Source of the DNA: Candidatus Bathyarchaeota archaeon
Lineage (GTDB): Archaea; Thermoproteota; Bathyarchaeia; 40CM-2-53-6
Assembly: GCA_963706285.1 (NCBI GenBank)
Contig: CAVPLU010000006.1
Coordinates: 1 to 64,000 of the forward strand
Direction: 5' to 3'
DNA: 64,000 bases
Position numbers and translations under genes: made by a program. The notes below the pieces were generated by a model. It saw nothing but the letters and a program-made list of their open reading frames with translations, had not been told where the DNA came from and made no database searches. Positions 63,806 to 64,000 of this stretch are shown here, piece after piece (position 1 is the first letter of the stretch; every line of letters begins with the position of its first letter).

Positions 63806-64000
63806 CTACGATTTGGATTTTATGTAGTTTAGCAGTCCGCCGGCGACTAGAATATCTCTGAGTCTCTTAGTCAGAGTCAACTTGAATTCTACGGTATGGT
63901 TGTCTATCTGGGATCGCATGGTTAGGGCTTCGGACTGCAATGTTGGAGTCACGTTCTCGATTCTGATCTTGCTTCCGAGACTTACCTTCTCGTAGTCGTT
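63806..64000 (-). CDS. Aconitate hydratase, C-terminal fragment (gene runs off the window)
   Basis: Minus strand reads NDYEKVSLGSKIRIENV...RDILVAGGLLNYIKSKS*, the swivel-domain C-terminus. Confidence 0.75.
   Translation of the reverse strand, partial: NDYEKVSLGSKIRIENVTPTLQSEALTMRSQIDNHTVEFKLTLTKRLRDILVAGGLLNYIKSKS

Overview
Archaeal chromosomal window. The gene content (RadA, PolB2 cassette, Fae-Hps fusion, corrinoid protein, non-pyrrolysine MttB) suggests a Bathyarchaeia-like TACK archaeon, which is an inference. From left to right it holds: a radA / inactive RecA-like / small helical protein / polB2 DNA-damage-tolerance cassette; C1 genes (ftcD, fae-hps, corrinoid protein, mttB); an uncharacterised catabolic island (two class II aldolases, ECF transporter, two FGGY kinases); 2-oxoacid dehydrogenase E1a/E1b/E2; a transcarboxylase-like 12S/5S/1.3S + birA cluster; an ABC exporter; a Rieske/cytochrome b + heme-copper oxidase + ctaB cluster; and an acn-icd-gltA-sdhACDB operon. 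Many genes carry 1-nt indels, often in homopolymers, which points to an imperfectly polished assembly. The standout feature is different in kind. polB2 is interrupted inside polymerase motif B by a 32-nt insert (5939-5970). This insert folds with its flanks into a bulge-helix-bulge/loop splicing-endonuclease substrate, and cleavage at the canonical positions restores KWILVCSFGY in frame. It is therefore a candidate mRNA intron in a PolB2-family DNA polymerase gene. No rRNA, tRNA, CRISPR array or transposase was recognised.
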